NCBI GenBank assembly: GCA_965219385.1
Contig: CBDCNM010000001.1
Location: 794,631-858,630, forward strand
Length of the DNA: 64,000 nt
Direction: 5' to 3'
DNA from: Candidatus Latescibacterota bacterium
Lineage (GTDB): Bacteria > Latescibacterota > UBA2968 > UBA8231
Below, piece by piece: positions 1 through 9,257 of this stretch (positions within the stretch are counted from its first letter, which is position 1; every line of letters starts with the position of its first letter). The position numbers and the translations under genes were made by a program. The notes under the pieces were generated by a model. It made no database searches and was not told where the DNA came from. It saw only the letters and a program-made list of their open reading frames with translations.

Positions 1-1
1 C

Positions 2-556
2 TCCCTGCTAGAGGCCAGGGTCTACCGCTTGCCGGCCGAGACCGAGGCCGCCGATCTCGAAATGACGCGTCTTGCCTCTGTGCCCGTGGCCGAGAGAGAC
101 GAAGACGAAAACCAGTACTTTAACATGAAGAGCCGCGAAATCCCGGGGTTGATGGTGGCGGATCTCGTGGCCCTGTTCAGGGATGGGGATGAATCGCAGA
201 ACCTCAAGCTGATTCCGGGCGATCATGTCGTCGTGCCCTTCCAGCACTATACGGTCAAAGTCAGCGGCCAGGCTTCTTTTCCCGGGGCCGTGATCTACAA
301 CCCGGAATACGGAGTGGAGGACTACATCAATCAGGCCGGAGGGCTCGGCTGGCGGGCTTCTGATGACATACATTTTATCAAGGCGCAAACGGGCGAACGG
401 AAAAAAGCCAAGGATGTAGAGCACATCGATCCTGGAGACCGGATCTGGATCAAGGAAAAACCTAAGCGGGATTACTGGGATCTCTTTCTCCAGAGTATGC
501 GGGTGTTGGGAGATACGGCCACCGTCATATTGATCTTTGTGAGTTTGGCGCCCTAA
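2..556 (+). CDS. SLBB-domain polysaccharide export protein (Wza/KpsD-like), 5'-partial
   Basis: Frame open from the window edge; SLBB-like repeats (LIPGDHVVVP, VKVSGQASFPG, DYINQAGG, IDPGDRIWI); C-terminal hydrophobic helix; adjacent to a Wzz-like gene. Confidence 0.8.
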   Translation, partial: SLLEARVYRLPAETEAADLEMTRLASVPVAERDEDENQYFNMKSREIPGLMVADLVALFRDGDESQNLKLIPGDHVVVPFQHYTVKVSGQASFPGAVIYNPEYGVEDYINQAGGLGWRASDDIHFIKAQTGERKKAKDVEHIDPGDRIWIKEKPKRDYWDLFLQSMRVLGDTATVILIFVSLAP

Positions 557-593
557 GGACCTCAGAAGCCGTCTTAAAGACGAACTGGAAAAC

Positions 594-1763
594 ATGGAAC
601 AAGAACGCAATATACTGGATTATCTGTATGTGGTGGTGAAGTGGCGGCGCTTAATTGTCCTGTCCTGTCTTGCGGTTTCACTGGTCACCGCCGGCCTCAG
701 TCTGATTTTGCCCAAGGTCTGGACGGCACGCGCCGTCATCATGCCGCCGGAAGAGGAATTCGACCAGTTCAACTTGTCGGCCTTGCAGGCCACGGGTATG
801 CCGGCCAATCTGGCCAGCCTAGCGGGCGGTGCCACCCCGGCGGACCGACTCAAAAAGATGCTCGAAACCAATCGTCTGCGGGGCGTGATTGTCGATCGTT
901 TCAAGCTGGTTGATGAGTACGAAGCCCCCCACCGCGAACAGGCGATCGAAATCTTTGCCGAGAACACCACCATTGAATTGGAGCGGGAAGGATCTCTCGT
1001 CGTCGAGGTCACGGCCTCCACGGCGGAATCGGCCGCTGCTATGGCCAATGCCTACATCGGCGAACTGGACTTGTTCAACCGCCATCTCAAAAGCCAGCAG
1101 GCCCGGATGCTGAGAGAGTTTCTCGAGGAGCGCATGGAATTGCGCCGCCGGGAACTCCAGGAAAGCGGGAGGGCTCTACTGCAATTCAAGCAAAAACACG
1201 GGATGGTGGATATGACCGCCCAGATCAAGGCCATATTCGATGTCGCCAAGTACCTGGTGCAAGAACTGGCCGTTCTGGAGGTAAAGCTGGAGGTGATCGA
1301 TTACCAGGTCAATGCCGAGCACGAAAAGCGCCGACAACTGGGGTTGGAAAGGGAAGCATTGCGCAAGCAACTGCAAACCCTGACCGGCGATATGCAAGAG
1401 CAGAATCGCCAGTTGATCCTGGGCCCGCCTTTGCAGGCCATGGCCGAACTGGATTTCGAAAACACCATGCTGATCCTGGATCTTACTTTAAAAAGAGAAA
1501 TTACCCGCTTCCTGGGCACCAAGCTGGAAGAAGCCCGCTACAAAGAGGCCCTCAATACCTCGACTCTGCAGGTTCTGGACGAGGCTACTCTTCCCAAGAG
1601 CCGCAGTGCCCCCCGCCGCACCCTTATGGTGCTGATTGCCACTGGTCTCAGCCTGGTCCTGAGTACGGTGCTGGCTTTTGTTTTCGAATCCTGGAGCCGG
1701 ATAGGCGCGCGGAACCAGGAAAAGGTCCAGTCAATAAAGCAACTGTTGCGCCCCGACCGCTGA
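594..1763 (+). CDS. Polysaccharide chain-length determinant / co-polymerase (Wzz/GumC family)
   Basis: N- and C-terminal TM helices, coiled-coil middle, C-terminal QVLDEATLPKSRSAPRR motif before TM2. Confidence 0.85.
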   Translation: MEQERNILDYLYVVVKWRRLIVLSCLAVSLVTAGLSLILPKVWTARAVIMPPEEEFDQFNLSALQATGMPANLASLAGGATPADRLKKMLETNRLRGVIVDRFKLVDEYEAPHREQAIEIFAENTTIELEREGSLVVEVTASTAESAAAMANAYIGELDLFNRHLKSQQARMLREFLEERMELRRRELQESGRALLQFKQKHGMVDMTAQIKAIFDVAKYLVQELAVLEVKLEVIDYQVNAEHEKRRQLGLEREALRKQLQTLTGDMQEQNRQLILGPPLQAMAELDFENTMLILDLTLKREITRFLGTKLEEARYKEALNTSTLQVLDEATLPKSRSAPRRTLMVLIATGLSLVLSTVLAFVFESWSRIGARNQEKVQSIKQLLRPDR

Positions 1764-1818
1764 GCATCCTTCCGTGTTTTTGTGGATCCGCCGGATTTCC
1801 AGACGGCTTCTTGGGCAG

Positions 1819-1904
1819 TGGTGGGGGGAGCAGGATTCGAACCTGCGAAGGCATGAGCCAATGGATTTACAGTCCATCCCGGTTGACCGCTTCGGTATCC
1901 CCCC
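1819..1904 (-). tRNA. tRNA-Tyr (GTA)
   Basis: Reverse complement GGGGGGA...ATGGA-CT-GTA-AA-TCCAT...GGTTCGAATCC...TCCCCCC-A-CCA; long variable arm; encoded CCA. Confidence 0.97.
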
Positions 1905-1985
1905 AATTTCTCGGCAAACAGGATAAGTTAACAGTTGATTTTTTCCTGTCAATAGATGGCTCAATCGCGCTTGAGTTGTTATTAT

Positions 1986-2027
1986 GTAGTAAGAAAATCT
2001 ATCAAGGTAGTAAGAAAATCTATCAAG
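1986..2027. repeat. Perfect 21-bp tandem repeat x2 (GTAGTAAGAAAATCTATCAAG)
   Basis: Copies at 1986-2006 and 2007-2027 in the AT-rich divergent intergenic region. Confidence 0.95.
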
Positions 2028-2064
2028 CTTATCTGATCGTCGTGCCAAAGTAAGGAGTGCGCTC

Positions 2065-2994
2065 ATGGCCTATGTGCTGGCAGTGCTGGCGACCAACAGA
2101 CGGGGAGGGTTTACCGCATCCTTGCTCAGGGCAGCGTGTGAAGCAGCAGAGGAAAGCCAGGGGGTGGAGACTGAAATTGCCTGCCTGGCCCGCTACGATT
2201 TCAAACCCTGCCTGAGTTCTTTCTGGTGCGCCCGGAACAAAGGGGACGGATGTGTGCTCCCGGATGATATGGGCAAAAAGGGAGAAGGGATCCTGTTCGG
2301 CAAGGTGCGGGCGGCCCACGGAATGTTGCTGGCCACTCCGGTGCACACTTGGGGCCCTTCGGCCCTGGCCCATACCTTCTGGGAACGGCTCTATCCCTTT
2401 CTCTACAGCGACGGGCTCAACGGCCTGCCCTTCGGGGCCCTGGCCTGTGCCACCAACCAGGGATTCCAGCGCCAGGCCATCGAAGAAATTACCAAGTGGT
2501 CTTTTTGTCGTAGCAACCTCTACCTGGGCGGGGTAGCCGCCCACAAAATGGATGAGGCCAAGGCCTTTGCACAGGCCCGTGAATTGGGCCGCAAGGTGGG
2601 AGTGGCAGCCCTGAAGGACGAACGGGAAGGGAGGCAGAAATTCACCGACGAAGAAAAATTCGCCCACTTCCTGGACAAACCCTGGAAGGTTCTGGATCCC
2701 TACCTGGACAATGTGACGGAGGGAAGCTTTAAGATCGAAGGGTCCTTGCCGGATCGCGCTGCAAACCAGGGAGTATTCCGCAAACCCGAAGCCGTGGAAC
2801 TGGTCGGCAAGGCCCGCAGCCAGTTTGCGGCGGCCTTGCGGCACCGCGCCGAGGGAGCGTTGGTCGCCGCGGATCGGGCCCTGATGCGGGCCAGTGCGTA
2901 TTGGACGCGAGCGACGTGGAAGGAATATGTCGAGGAATACGTCAGCAAAAGGAACGATGTTCCACCCTACCGCGAAGTTCCCAAGGATGAATAG
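2065..2994 (+). CDS. Flavodoxin-like / NADPH-dependent FMN reductase (iron-sulfur flavoprotein-like) with C-terminal extension
   Basis: RRGGFTASLL, PCLSSFWC...GCVLPDDM, LATPVHTWG motifs; AAGGAG RBS. Confidence 0.75.
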   Translation: MAYVLAVLATNRRGGFTASLLRAACEAAEESQGVETEIACLARYDFKPCLSSFWCARNKGDGCVLPDDMGKKGEGILFGKVRAAHGMLLATPVHTWGPSALAHTFWERLYPFLYSDGLNGLPFGALACATNQGFQRQAIEEITKWSFCRSNLYLGGVAAHKMDEAKAFAQARELGRKVGVAALKDEREGRQKFTDEEKFAHFLDKPWKVLDPYLDNVTEGSFKIEGSLPDRAANQGVFRKPEAVELVGKARSQFAAALRHRAEGALVAADRALMRASAYWTRATWKEYVEEYVSKRNDVPPYREVPKDE

Positions 2995-3084
2995 TGCTCT
3001 GCGGACTTCCTGCGATGGGCAGTAGGGTCCAGGGTTGTGCACCTTGCCCAGGGGTAAAAATTTTATAAGGAGGATACCAACACC

Positions 3085-4077
3085 ATGGTGGCGAGAACAG
3101 TAAAGGTCGCAATAACCGGAGCAGCCGGACAAATCGGCTACGCGATTCTGCCGCGTCTGGCCTCTGGAGAGGTCTTTGGACCCGATACCAGGGTGCGTCT
3201 GCACCTGCTGGAGATAACCTCGGCCTTGGGCGCTCTGGAAGGGGTAGTGATGGAACTGGATGATTGCGCCTTTCCACTGCTGGACGGGATTGTGGCCACC
3301 GATAGCGCTGAAGAGGCCTTCGACGGCATCAACTGGGCTTTGCTCATCGGTTCAAAACCGCGCGGTAAGGGCATGGAGCGCGGCGATTTGATCCGAGAGA
3401 ATGGCCCCATCTTCGTGGGGCAGGGCAAGGCCCTGGCCCGGGGGGCCGACGATGTCAGGGTCCTGGTGGTGGGCAATCCGGCCAATACCAATTGTCTGAT
3501 CGCCATGCACCATGGCCACCGGGGCGGCGTACCCAGGGAACGTTTTACCAGCATGATGCGCCTGGATCAAAACCGCGCCGCTGCCCAGCTGGCCTACAAG
3601 GCCGGCGTCCAGGTCGGTGCCGTTACCAATATGGCCGTCTGGGGCAATCACAGTGCCACCCAGTACCCGGATGCCGAAAATGCCCGTATCAATGGCCGAC
3701 CCGTGCCCGATATCATCGGCCACGTATCCTGGTTGCACAACGAGTTTATCGAGACCGTCCAGCAACGCGGCGCTGCCGTCATTGCCGCCCGCGGGCTTTC
3801 CTCCGCGGCTTCGGCCGCCAATGCCGCCGTTGACCACGTGAAAAGCCTTGAGAGCAAGACCCCTGAAGGAGATTGGTTCTCGGCCGCGATCCCTGCGGAC
3901 GGCAGCTATGGCATAGATGAAGGCCTGATTTTTTCATTCCCGCTTCAAAGCGATGGACAGGGAGGCTACTCGATCGTGCAAGGGTTGGAGTTGAGCGCGT
4001 TCGCCAGGGAGAAGATCGAGACGACTGCCGCCGAGCTCAGGGAAGAAAGAGCCGTCATCGAAGATCTGCTGAGCTAG
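3085..4077 (+). CDS. mdh: Malate dehydrogenase
   Basis: [60 protein letters not shown]. Confidence 0.97.
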   Translation: MVARTVKVAITGAAGQIGYAILPRLASGEVFGPDTRVRLHLLEITSALGALEGVVMELDDCAFPLLDGIVATDSAEEAFDGINWALLIGSKPRGKGMERGDLIRENGPIFVGQGKALARGADDVRVLVVGNPANTNCLIAMHHGHRGGVPRERFTSMMRLDQNRAAAQLAYKAGVQVGAVTNMAVWGNHSATQYPDAENARINGRPVPDIIGHVSWLHNEFIETVQQRGAAVIAARGLSSAASAANAAVDHVKSLESKTPEGDWFSAAIPADGSYGIDEGLIFSFPLQSDGQGGYSIVQGLELSAFAREKIETTAAELREERAVIEDLLS

Positions 4078-4095
4078 CCTTTTAGGGGCCGGCAC

Positions 4096-4863
4096 ATGGA
4101 ATCCTACCACGATAGGTTCTACGACCCTTATTTCATTGGGGTGGAAGGGGATGTAGAGTTCTATGTGGATGAGGCTCGGGAAGCCGGGGCCCCGGTGCTG
4201 GAGCTGGGGTGCGGGACCGGGCGGATCCTGTTGCCCATCGCCACGGCCGGAGTCCGTATCGTGGGGCTGGACCAGTCGGAGGCCCTGCTCGCCATTGCTC
4301 GCCATAAACTCGAAACCGTCTCCCCCGCAGTCCGGCGGAATGCGGAGCTGATCCATGGAGACATGGCGGCCTTTGCCCTGGATCAGCGCTTCAAGCTGAT
4401 CGCCATTCCCTACCGAACCTTCCAGCATCTGCTGACGTCCGTGGAGCAAAAACAATCCCTGGAGTGTATCCGGGCCCATCTCGAAGAGGACGGGCTGCTG
4501 GTCTTCAATACCTTTGATCCGCTCCAGGATCTGATGGCCCATGGTTTAAAAAGCGGGCTGCAAAAGGACACAGACTTCATCCACCCGGAGACAGGCAACA
4601 GGGTTCTGGTCTGGTACTGCCGGGAGTACGATCCCCAGGTCCAACTGATGGAGCAGGAATTGATCTACGAGGAAGTGGACGCCAGGGGCAAGGTGGTGGC
4701 GCGGACTTATGGCCACCTGAGGTTGCGTTACATCTTTTGCTGGGAAATGCAGTACCTGCTGGAGCGCTGTGGCTTTGTCCTCGAGGCTCTGTACGGGGAC
4801 TTTCTGGGCGGTCCATTCCCAGGCTACGGGGAGCAGATATGGGTGGCTCGCAAGGCCAGGTGA
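4096..4863 (+). CDS. Class I SAM-dependent methyltransferase
   Basis: VLELGCGTGR motif I, GLDQSEALL, GDM. Confidence 0.9.
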   Translation: MESYHDRFYDPYFIGVEGDVEFYVDEAREAGAPVLELGCGTGRILLPIATAGVRIVGLDQSEALLAIARHKLETVSPAVRRNAELIHGDMAAFALDQRFKLIAIPYRTFQHLLTSVEQKQSLECIRAHLEEDGLLVFNTFDPLQDLMAHGLKSGLQKDTDFIHPETGNRVLVWYCREYDPQVQLMEQELIYEEVDARGKVVARTYGHLRLRYIFCWEMQYLLERCGFVLEALYGDFLGGPFPGYGEQIWVARKAR

Positions 4864-5522
4864 GGGATGGGGTCTATTCCTACAAGCACGTCGTCTGGGA
4901 CTGGAACGGCACCTTACTGGACGATGCCTGGCTGAGTGTGGAGATCACCAACCAGCTATTGGAGCGGCGCAGCCTGCCGGCCTTGACCCCCGAGCGCTAT
5001 CGGGAAGTATTCGGTTTTCCCCTGAAGGAATACTGCATCCGGCTGGGATTTGACTTCGCGGTGGAAAGCTTTGAGGCCCTCAGCGATGCATTCATTCGCA
5101 TGTACGAGGCGCGCCGTCTGGAGTGTGGACTGCAGCCTCAGGCCATGGAAGTGATCCAGGCCCTGCGCCAGGCGGGTCTGGAGCTGTCCATCCTTTCGGC
5201 CTACCGGCAAGAAACCCTCGAAGAGCTGATAGCCCATTTTCACCTAGAGGGGTTTTTTAAACGCTTGATCGGGGTGGACAATGACCGGGGCGAAGGCAAG
5301 CTCCACAAGGGCAAACGCTGGAGAAGGGAGCTGCAATACCCCGGCCACCAGATCCTGCTCGTCGGCGACACCCTGCACGACCTGGAGGTCGCCAAAGCCA
5401 TGGGGGTGGCCTGTGTGCTGGTGCCGAGCGGACATCAAAGCCGCGCAAGACTGGAAGTCGGCGGGGCTCGAGTTATGGGAAATCTGGCCGATGTCCTCAA
5501 GGTGATGGGGATGACAAAATGA
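4860..5522 (+). CDS. HAD-family hydrolase (phosphoglycolate phosphatase-like)
   Basis: WDWNGTLLDD motif I, ILSA motif II, VGDTLHD motif IV; start inferred at GTG overlapping the upstream stop (GTGA). Confidence 0.88.
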   Translation: MRDGVYSYKHVVWDWNGTLLDDAWLSVEITNQLLERRSLPALTPERYREVFGFPLKEYCIRLGFDFAVESFEALSDAFIRMYEARRLECGLQPQAMEVIQALRQAGLELSILSAYRQETLEELIAHFHLEGFFKRLIGVDNDRGEGKLHKGKRWRRELQYPGHQILLVGDTLHDLEVAKAMGVACVLVPSGHQSRARLEVGGARVMGNLADVLKVMGMTK

Positions 5523-6418
5523 GCGTGACCTGGAGTGGTATTTTTCCGATTGTCCTCACGCCCTTTACCGCAGGGTACGAACTGGACGAGAAGGGCCTGG
5601 GCAACATAGTGCGGTTCAGCATCGAGAGTGGGGCCCGGGGCCTGGTCGGCCCGGCCAATGCGAGCGAATTTACCACCCTTTCCGATGCAGAGCGTCGGCG
5701 CTGGCTGGAAATCGTGGTCGCCGAGACCGGGGGACAGATCCCGGTGATTGCGTCCATCACCAGCGGCCACGCCGTGCCGGCAGTGGAGCTGGGCCGCTAC
5801 GCCCAGAACATCGGTGCGGATGGGGTCATGTCCATGCCGCCGCATATCCTGCACCCGGATGCGGCCGGATGTTACCGTTATTACCAGATCCTGGCAGAGG
5901 CTCTGGACATACCCATCTGCGTGCAGAATTTCAACCCCCCGGTGGGGACCCCGATGAGCAGTGAACTTCTGGGGCGGATGTGCCGCGCACTCCCGGGAGT
6001 GGAGTGCATCAAGGAAGAAACCCAACCCGAGCCCCAGCAGATCACCGCGACCTTGAAAGCCTCTGGTTCGGCCTGCAAGGGCGTCCTGGGTGGGCAGGGA
6101 GGGATTTACCTGCTGGACGAGCATCGGCGGGGCTCTGCGGGCAATATGCCGGGATGCCACACCACGGATGTCCTGGTGGACATCTGGGACCAGCTCGAAA
6201 ACGGGGAACAGGACCGGGCCCGGGAAGGATTCAACCGGCTGCTGCCCCTGATGATCTACGAGCGGCTCTACGGGGTGAGGGTCTACAAGGAAGTGATGTG
6301 CCGAAGGGGCATCATCGCGACCCCAACACAGCGGACGCCGGGTGCGGCATTGGACGAGTGCGATCGGCTGGAACTGGAAGTAATTCTGGAGGGGGTTGAA
6401 CCCCTGTACCGTCTATGA
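5519..6418 (+). CDS. Dihydrodipicolinate synthase-family (DapA/NanA-like) lyase
   Basis: GIFPIVLTPF, ASEFTTLSDAERR, GADGVMSMPP, Schiff-base IKEE. Confidence 0.85.
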   Translation: MSVTWSGIFPIVLTPFTAGYELDEKGLGNIVRFSIESGARGLVGPANASEFTTLSDAERRRWLEIVVAETGGQIPVIASITSGHAVPAVELGRYAQNIGADGVMSMPPHILHPDAAGCYRYYQILAEALDIPICVQNFNPPVGTPMSSELLGRMCRALPGVECIKEETQPEPQQITATLKASGSACKGVLGGQGGIYLLDEHRRGSAGNMPGCHTTDVLVDIWDQLENGEQDRAREGFNRLLPLMIYERLYGVRVYKEVMCRRGIIATPTQRTPGAALDECDRLELEVILEGVEPLYRL

Positions 6419-6460
6419 TTTACCCTGCGCGGTCCGGATCGCTCAGAAGCTGACGTGCCG

Positions 6461-7708
6461 TCAGGGCCGTGGCAAATGGGTCTGACCGGCCTGGTTGAGG
6501 GCGCGGGCGCTGACCCCCAGAACGCGGAGGAAGCCCTCGGAGTCCTGGTGGTCGAAGTCGCCGATGGCCTCCATCGAGGCGGTGTTTTCGCTGTAGAGCG
6601 AATGGGGTACGTCCTCGGCGGCGTGGAAAAAGACCGTGCCCTTGTAAAGGGATGCGGTGATGGTGCCGGTAGCCAAGGCGTTGAGGTGCTCGACAAACCG
6701 CCGGCAAGCCTGGGTCGCGGTATCGAAGAAGTAGCCCTGGTATATCTGCTCGGCGATGTACTCGGAGATATGGTTGTAGATACGCCGGGTCCGCCGGTCC
6801 ATAATCAGCTGTAGCAAAAACTCATAACAGCATCCCATAAGCTCCAGGCCCGGGGCTTCGTACACCCCGCGCGACTTGATGCCGACAAAGCGGTTTTCGA
6901 CGGTGTGCAGGCCAATCCCCACCCCGTTGCGTCCTCCGACGGCATTGCTTTGCCGCAGGACATCAAAGGGGTTTGCGGGCGCATCATTGATCCGGGTCGG
7001 CTGGCCATGTTCAAAGCGGATCTTGAAGAGTTCGGGCTGGTCCGGTGCGTCCTCGGGAAATACCCCCATGCCCGGGGTGATCAAGTGGGCCGGGGTGGTG
7101 AGGGATTCGAGCTGGCCGGCTTCATGGGTCAGGCCCAGGATATTGGCATCGGTGGAATAGGGCTTGTCGTGGCTGGCCGTGATGGGCAGGCCCTCGCTCT
7201 GGCAGTAGTCGATCATTTCCTTGCGGCCCCCAAATGCGTTCAAAAAGGCCGGGTCGCGCCAGGGGGCGTAGACCTGGATATGCGGACCGAGCATCTGGGT
7301 GGCCAGCTGGAAGCGGACCTGGTCGTTGCCTCTGCCGGTGGCGCCGTGGCCCATGATGCGGATATTTTTCCGCTGCATTTCCGGCACCATGGCCTCGACT
7401 ACCACGTGGCGGGCCAATCCCGTGGTGTTCCAGTAGCCGCCCTCGTAGCGGGCCTGGGCCTGGACCAGTTCGATACCGGCCTGGCAGATGGTTCTCTTGA
7501 GATCGGCCAGGATCATCTCGCGCGCGCCGCACGCCAGCATGCGCTCGCGAATATCTTCGATCCGGTCTTCGTCGGGCTGCCCCAAGTCAGCGGTATAGGC
7601 AACGACGTCGATGCCATGAGCGCTCAGCCAGTGGGTGATGGTGCAGCTGTCCAGGCCGCCGGAAACCGCCATCATCACGGTCTGGCCTTTGAGTTGGTGA
7701 ACATTCAT
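6461..7708 (-). CDS. argG: Argininosuccinate synthase
   Basis: SGGLDS, HGATGRGNDQVRF, PYSTDANI, VENRFVGIKSRGVYEAPG; GAGGT RBS. Confidence 0.97.
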   Translation of the reverse strand: MNVHQLKGQTVMMAVSGGLDSCTITHWLSAHGIDVVAYTADLGQPDEDRIEDIRERMLACGAREMILADLKRTICQAGIELVQAQARYEGGYWNTTGLARHVVVEAMVPEMQRKNIRIMGHGATGRGNDQVRFQLATQMLGPHIQVYAPWRDPAFLNAFGGRKEMIDYCQSEGLPITASHDKPYSTDANILGLTHEAGQLESLTTPAHLITPGMGVFPEDAPDQPELFKIRFEHGQPTRINDAPANPFDVLRQSNAVGGRNGVGIGLHTVENRFVGIKSRGVYEAPGLELMGCCYEFLLQLIMDRRTRRIYNHISEYIAEQIYQGYFFDTATQACRRFVEHLNALATGTITASLYKGTVFFHAAEDVPHSLYSENTASMEAIGDFDHQDSEGFLRVLGVSARALNQAGQTHLPRP

Positions 7709-8056
7709 AATGTATTACCTCTCCGGGTTTTAGGAGGTATACGCAGGTCCTTCATATCTGTTAAAATCCCAAAGAATATAAGTAATAATTATTAGAAAAA
7801 CAAGAATAAATATTATATCACGGAAAACTGGGCTTGCGGATGAGACGCAAAAGGGCCTCCATCCCGGACAGGTAAAGCGCTGCGGTTGCCCAGAAGCTAG
7901 GCCGGGAGACCAGGGCGCTGAGGATGGAGGCTCACACACCAGAGAGTTGGGTCGGAAGGACCGAGCCCTGCCAGCGCCAGGGAAGCCGATCCCAGATCGG
8001 AGTGCCCTGGGCCAGGCTGATAAAAAAGCGATACATTACTGGGGCGGTCGGATTCC

Positions 8057-8085
8057 TTGACAGGGGCGGATAGATGCAATACCAT
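8057..8085 (+). promoter_or_regulatory. Sigma70-type promoter of the antiporter gene
   Basis: TTGACA (8057-8062), 17-bp spacer, TACCAT (8080-8085). Confidence 0.7.
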
Positions 8086-8104
8086 TCAAAGTTTTCGAAA
8101 AAAT

Positions 8105-8190
8105 TACCTGCCGCAACGCCCAGTATCTGCTGAAGAGTAGATCCGGGCGCCGGTGCAGCCTCGTTCAGCACAGGCCCGGCAAAAGGAGGG
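8105..8190 (+). promoter_or_regulatory. Structured 5' leader, candidate cation-sensing riboswitch
   Basis: Two adjacent hairpins (8117-8149 and 8149-8180) ending next to the AAGGAGG RBS of a Ca2+/Na+ antiporter; family not verified. Confidence 0.35.
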
Positions 8191-8192
8191 GT

Positions 8193-9218
8193 ATGTTTGA
8201 AGTGTTTGAAGTGTTTGAAGGTATTGCCCAGGCAATTGGTTTCTGGCCGGTGGTCGGCTTGCTGGTGGTTTCCTTTGTAATTCTGGTCAAGTCCGCCGAC
8301 TGGCTGGTGGAGGGGGCCATAGAGATCGCCAGTCACCTTCGCGTTCCCGCCATCCTGATCGGCATCGTCTTGGTGAGCCTGGGCACCACGGCTCCCGAAC
8401 TGGCGGTTTCGGTGAATGCCGCCCTGTCAGGCCAGGCGGAACTGGCCTTGGGCAATGCCGTGGGATCGGTGATTTACGACGATGGAATTGCCCTGCCGCT
8501 GGCAGCCTTGTTTGCACCGGCGGCCATTCTCATCGACCGCACGGTTTTGCGCTCCGCGGCCATTTTTCTGATCATCGTGGACGTGGTTGCCTATCTCCTG
8601 TGTCTGGACGGCACCTTGGGGCGGAGCGAGGGCTTGGTGCTGGTAGGAGGATTTGTGGTCTACCTCATCTATTCCTACTGGGAGCAAAAGAAAAAACGCC
8701 AGGGCGGAAAAGAGCCTGAAAAAGAAGAGATGGAAATCAGCCAGAGGAGCTGGGGCCTGATCCTTTTGTTCTTTGGGGGGGGACTGGCCGGGGTACTGAT
8801 CAGCAGTGAATGGATTGTGGTCGCCACTCCGATCATCGCCGCAGCGCTCGGGGTGTCCCCTGTGATCATCGCCCTGACCGTGGTGGCCCTGGGGACTTCG
8901 ATCCCCGAAATCGCCACCTGCGTCATCGCCGCCCGCAAGGGGCAGGGAAGCCTGGCCGTGGGCAATATTCTGGGGGCGGATATCCTCAACATCTGCTGGA
9001 TTGCCGGGGCCTCGGCCGTGGCCAATCCTCTGGTGGTCAAGGTCGAGGTGATCAACTTCATGTTCCCGTCCATGCTGGTAATCGTGTTTACCATGCTGGG
9101 TTTGATGCGGCTGGACTACCGGCTGGGCCAGTGGAAAGGGGGCATATTGCTGGCTCTGTGCATAGGCTACTTGATTCTGCTTTATATTTATGAACCGGGA
9201 GCCCTTGCACACGAGTAG
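8193..9218 (+). CDS. Calcium/sodium antiporter (CaCA, YrbG-like)
   Basis: Two alpha repeats SLGTTAPE...GNAVGS and ALGTSIPE...GNILGA; ~10 TM helices; begins with a 9-bp x3 repeat (FEVFEVFE). Confidence 0.92.
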   Translation: MFEVFEVFEGIAQAIGFWPVVGLLVVSFVILVKSADWLVEGAIEIASHLRVPAILIGIVLVSLGTTAPELAVSVNAALSGQAELALGNAVGSVIYDDGIALPLAALFAPAAILIDRTVLRSAAIFLIIVDVVAYLLCLDGTLGRSEGLVLVGGFVVYLIYSYWEQKKKRQGGKEPEKEEMEISQRSWGLILLFFGGGLAGVLISSEWIVVATPIIAAALGVSPVIIALTVVALGTSIPEIATCVIAARKGQGSLAVGNILGADILNICWIAGASAVANPLVVKVEVINFMFPSMLVIVFTMLGLMRLDYRLGQWKGGILLALCIGYLILLYIYEPGALAHE

Positions 9219-9257
9219 AGCAAATAAGTACTTAAGACGTAAGGAGATAACTCGATT

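Noticed and set aside
1986..2027. Tandem repeats here and at 49743 as CRISPR arrays
   Set aside because: Only two abutting copies, no spacers, no cas genes in the window
7895..7990. TPP, cobalamin or glycine riboswitch, or SRP RNA
   Set aside because: Only isolated words resemble these families (CTGAG, GCCAGCG, GGGAGACC); core motifs and gene context do not fit
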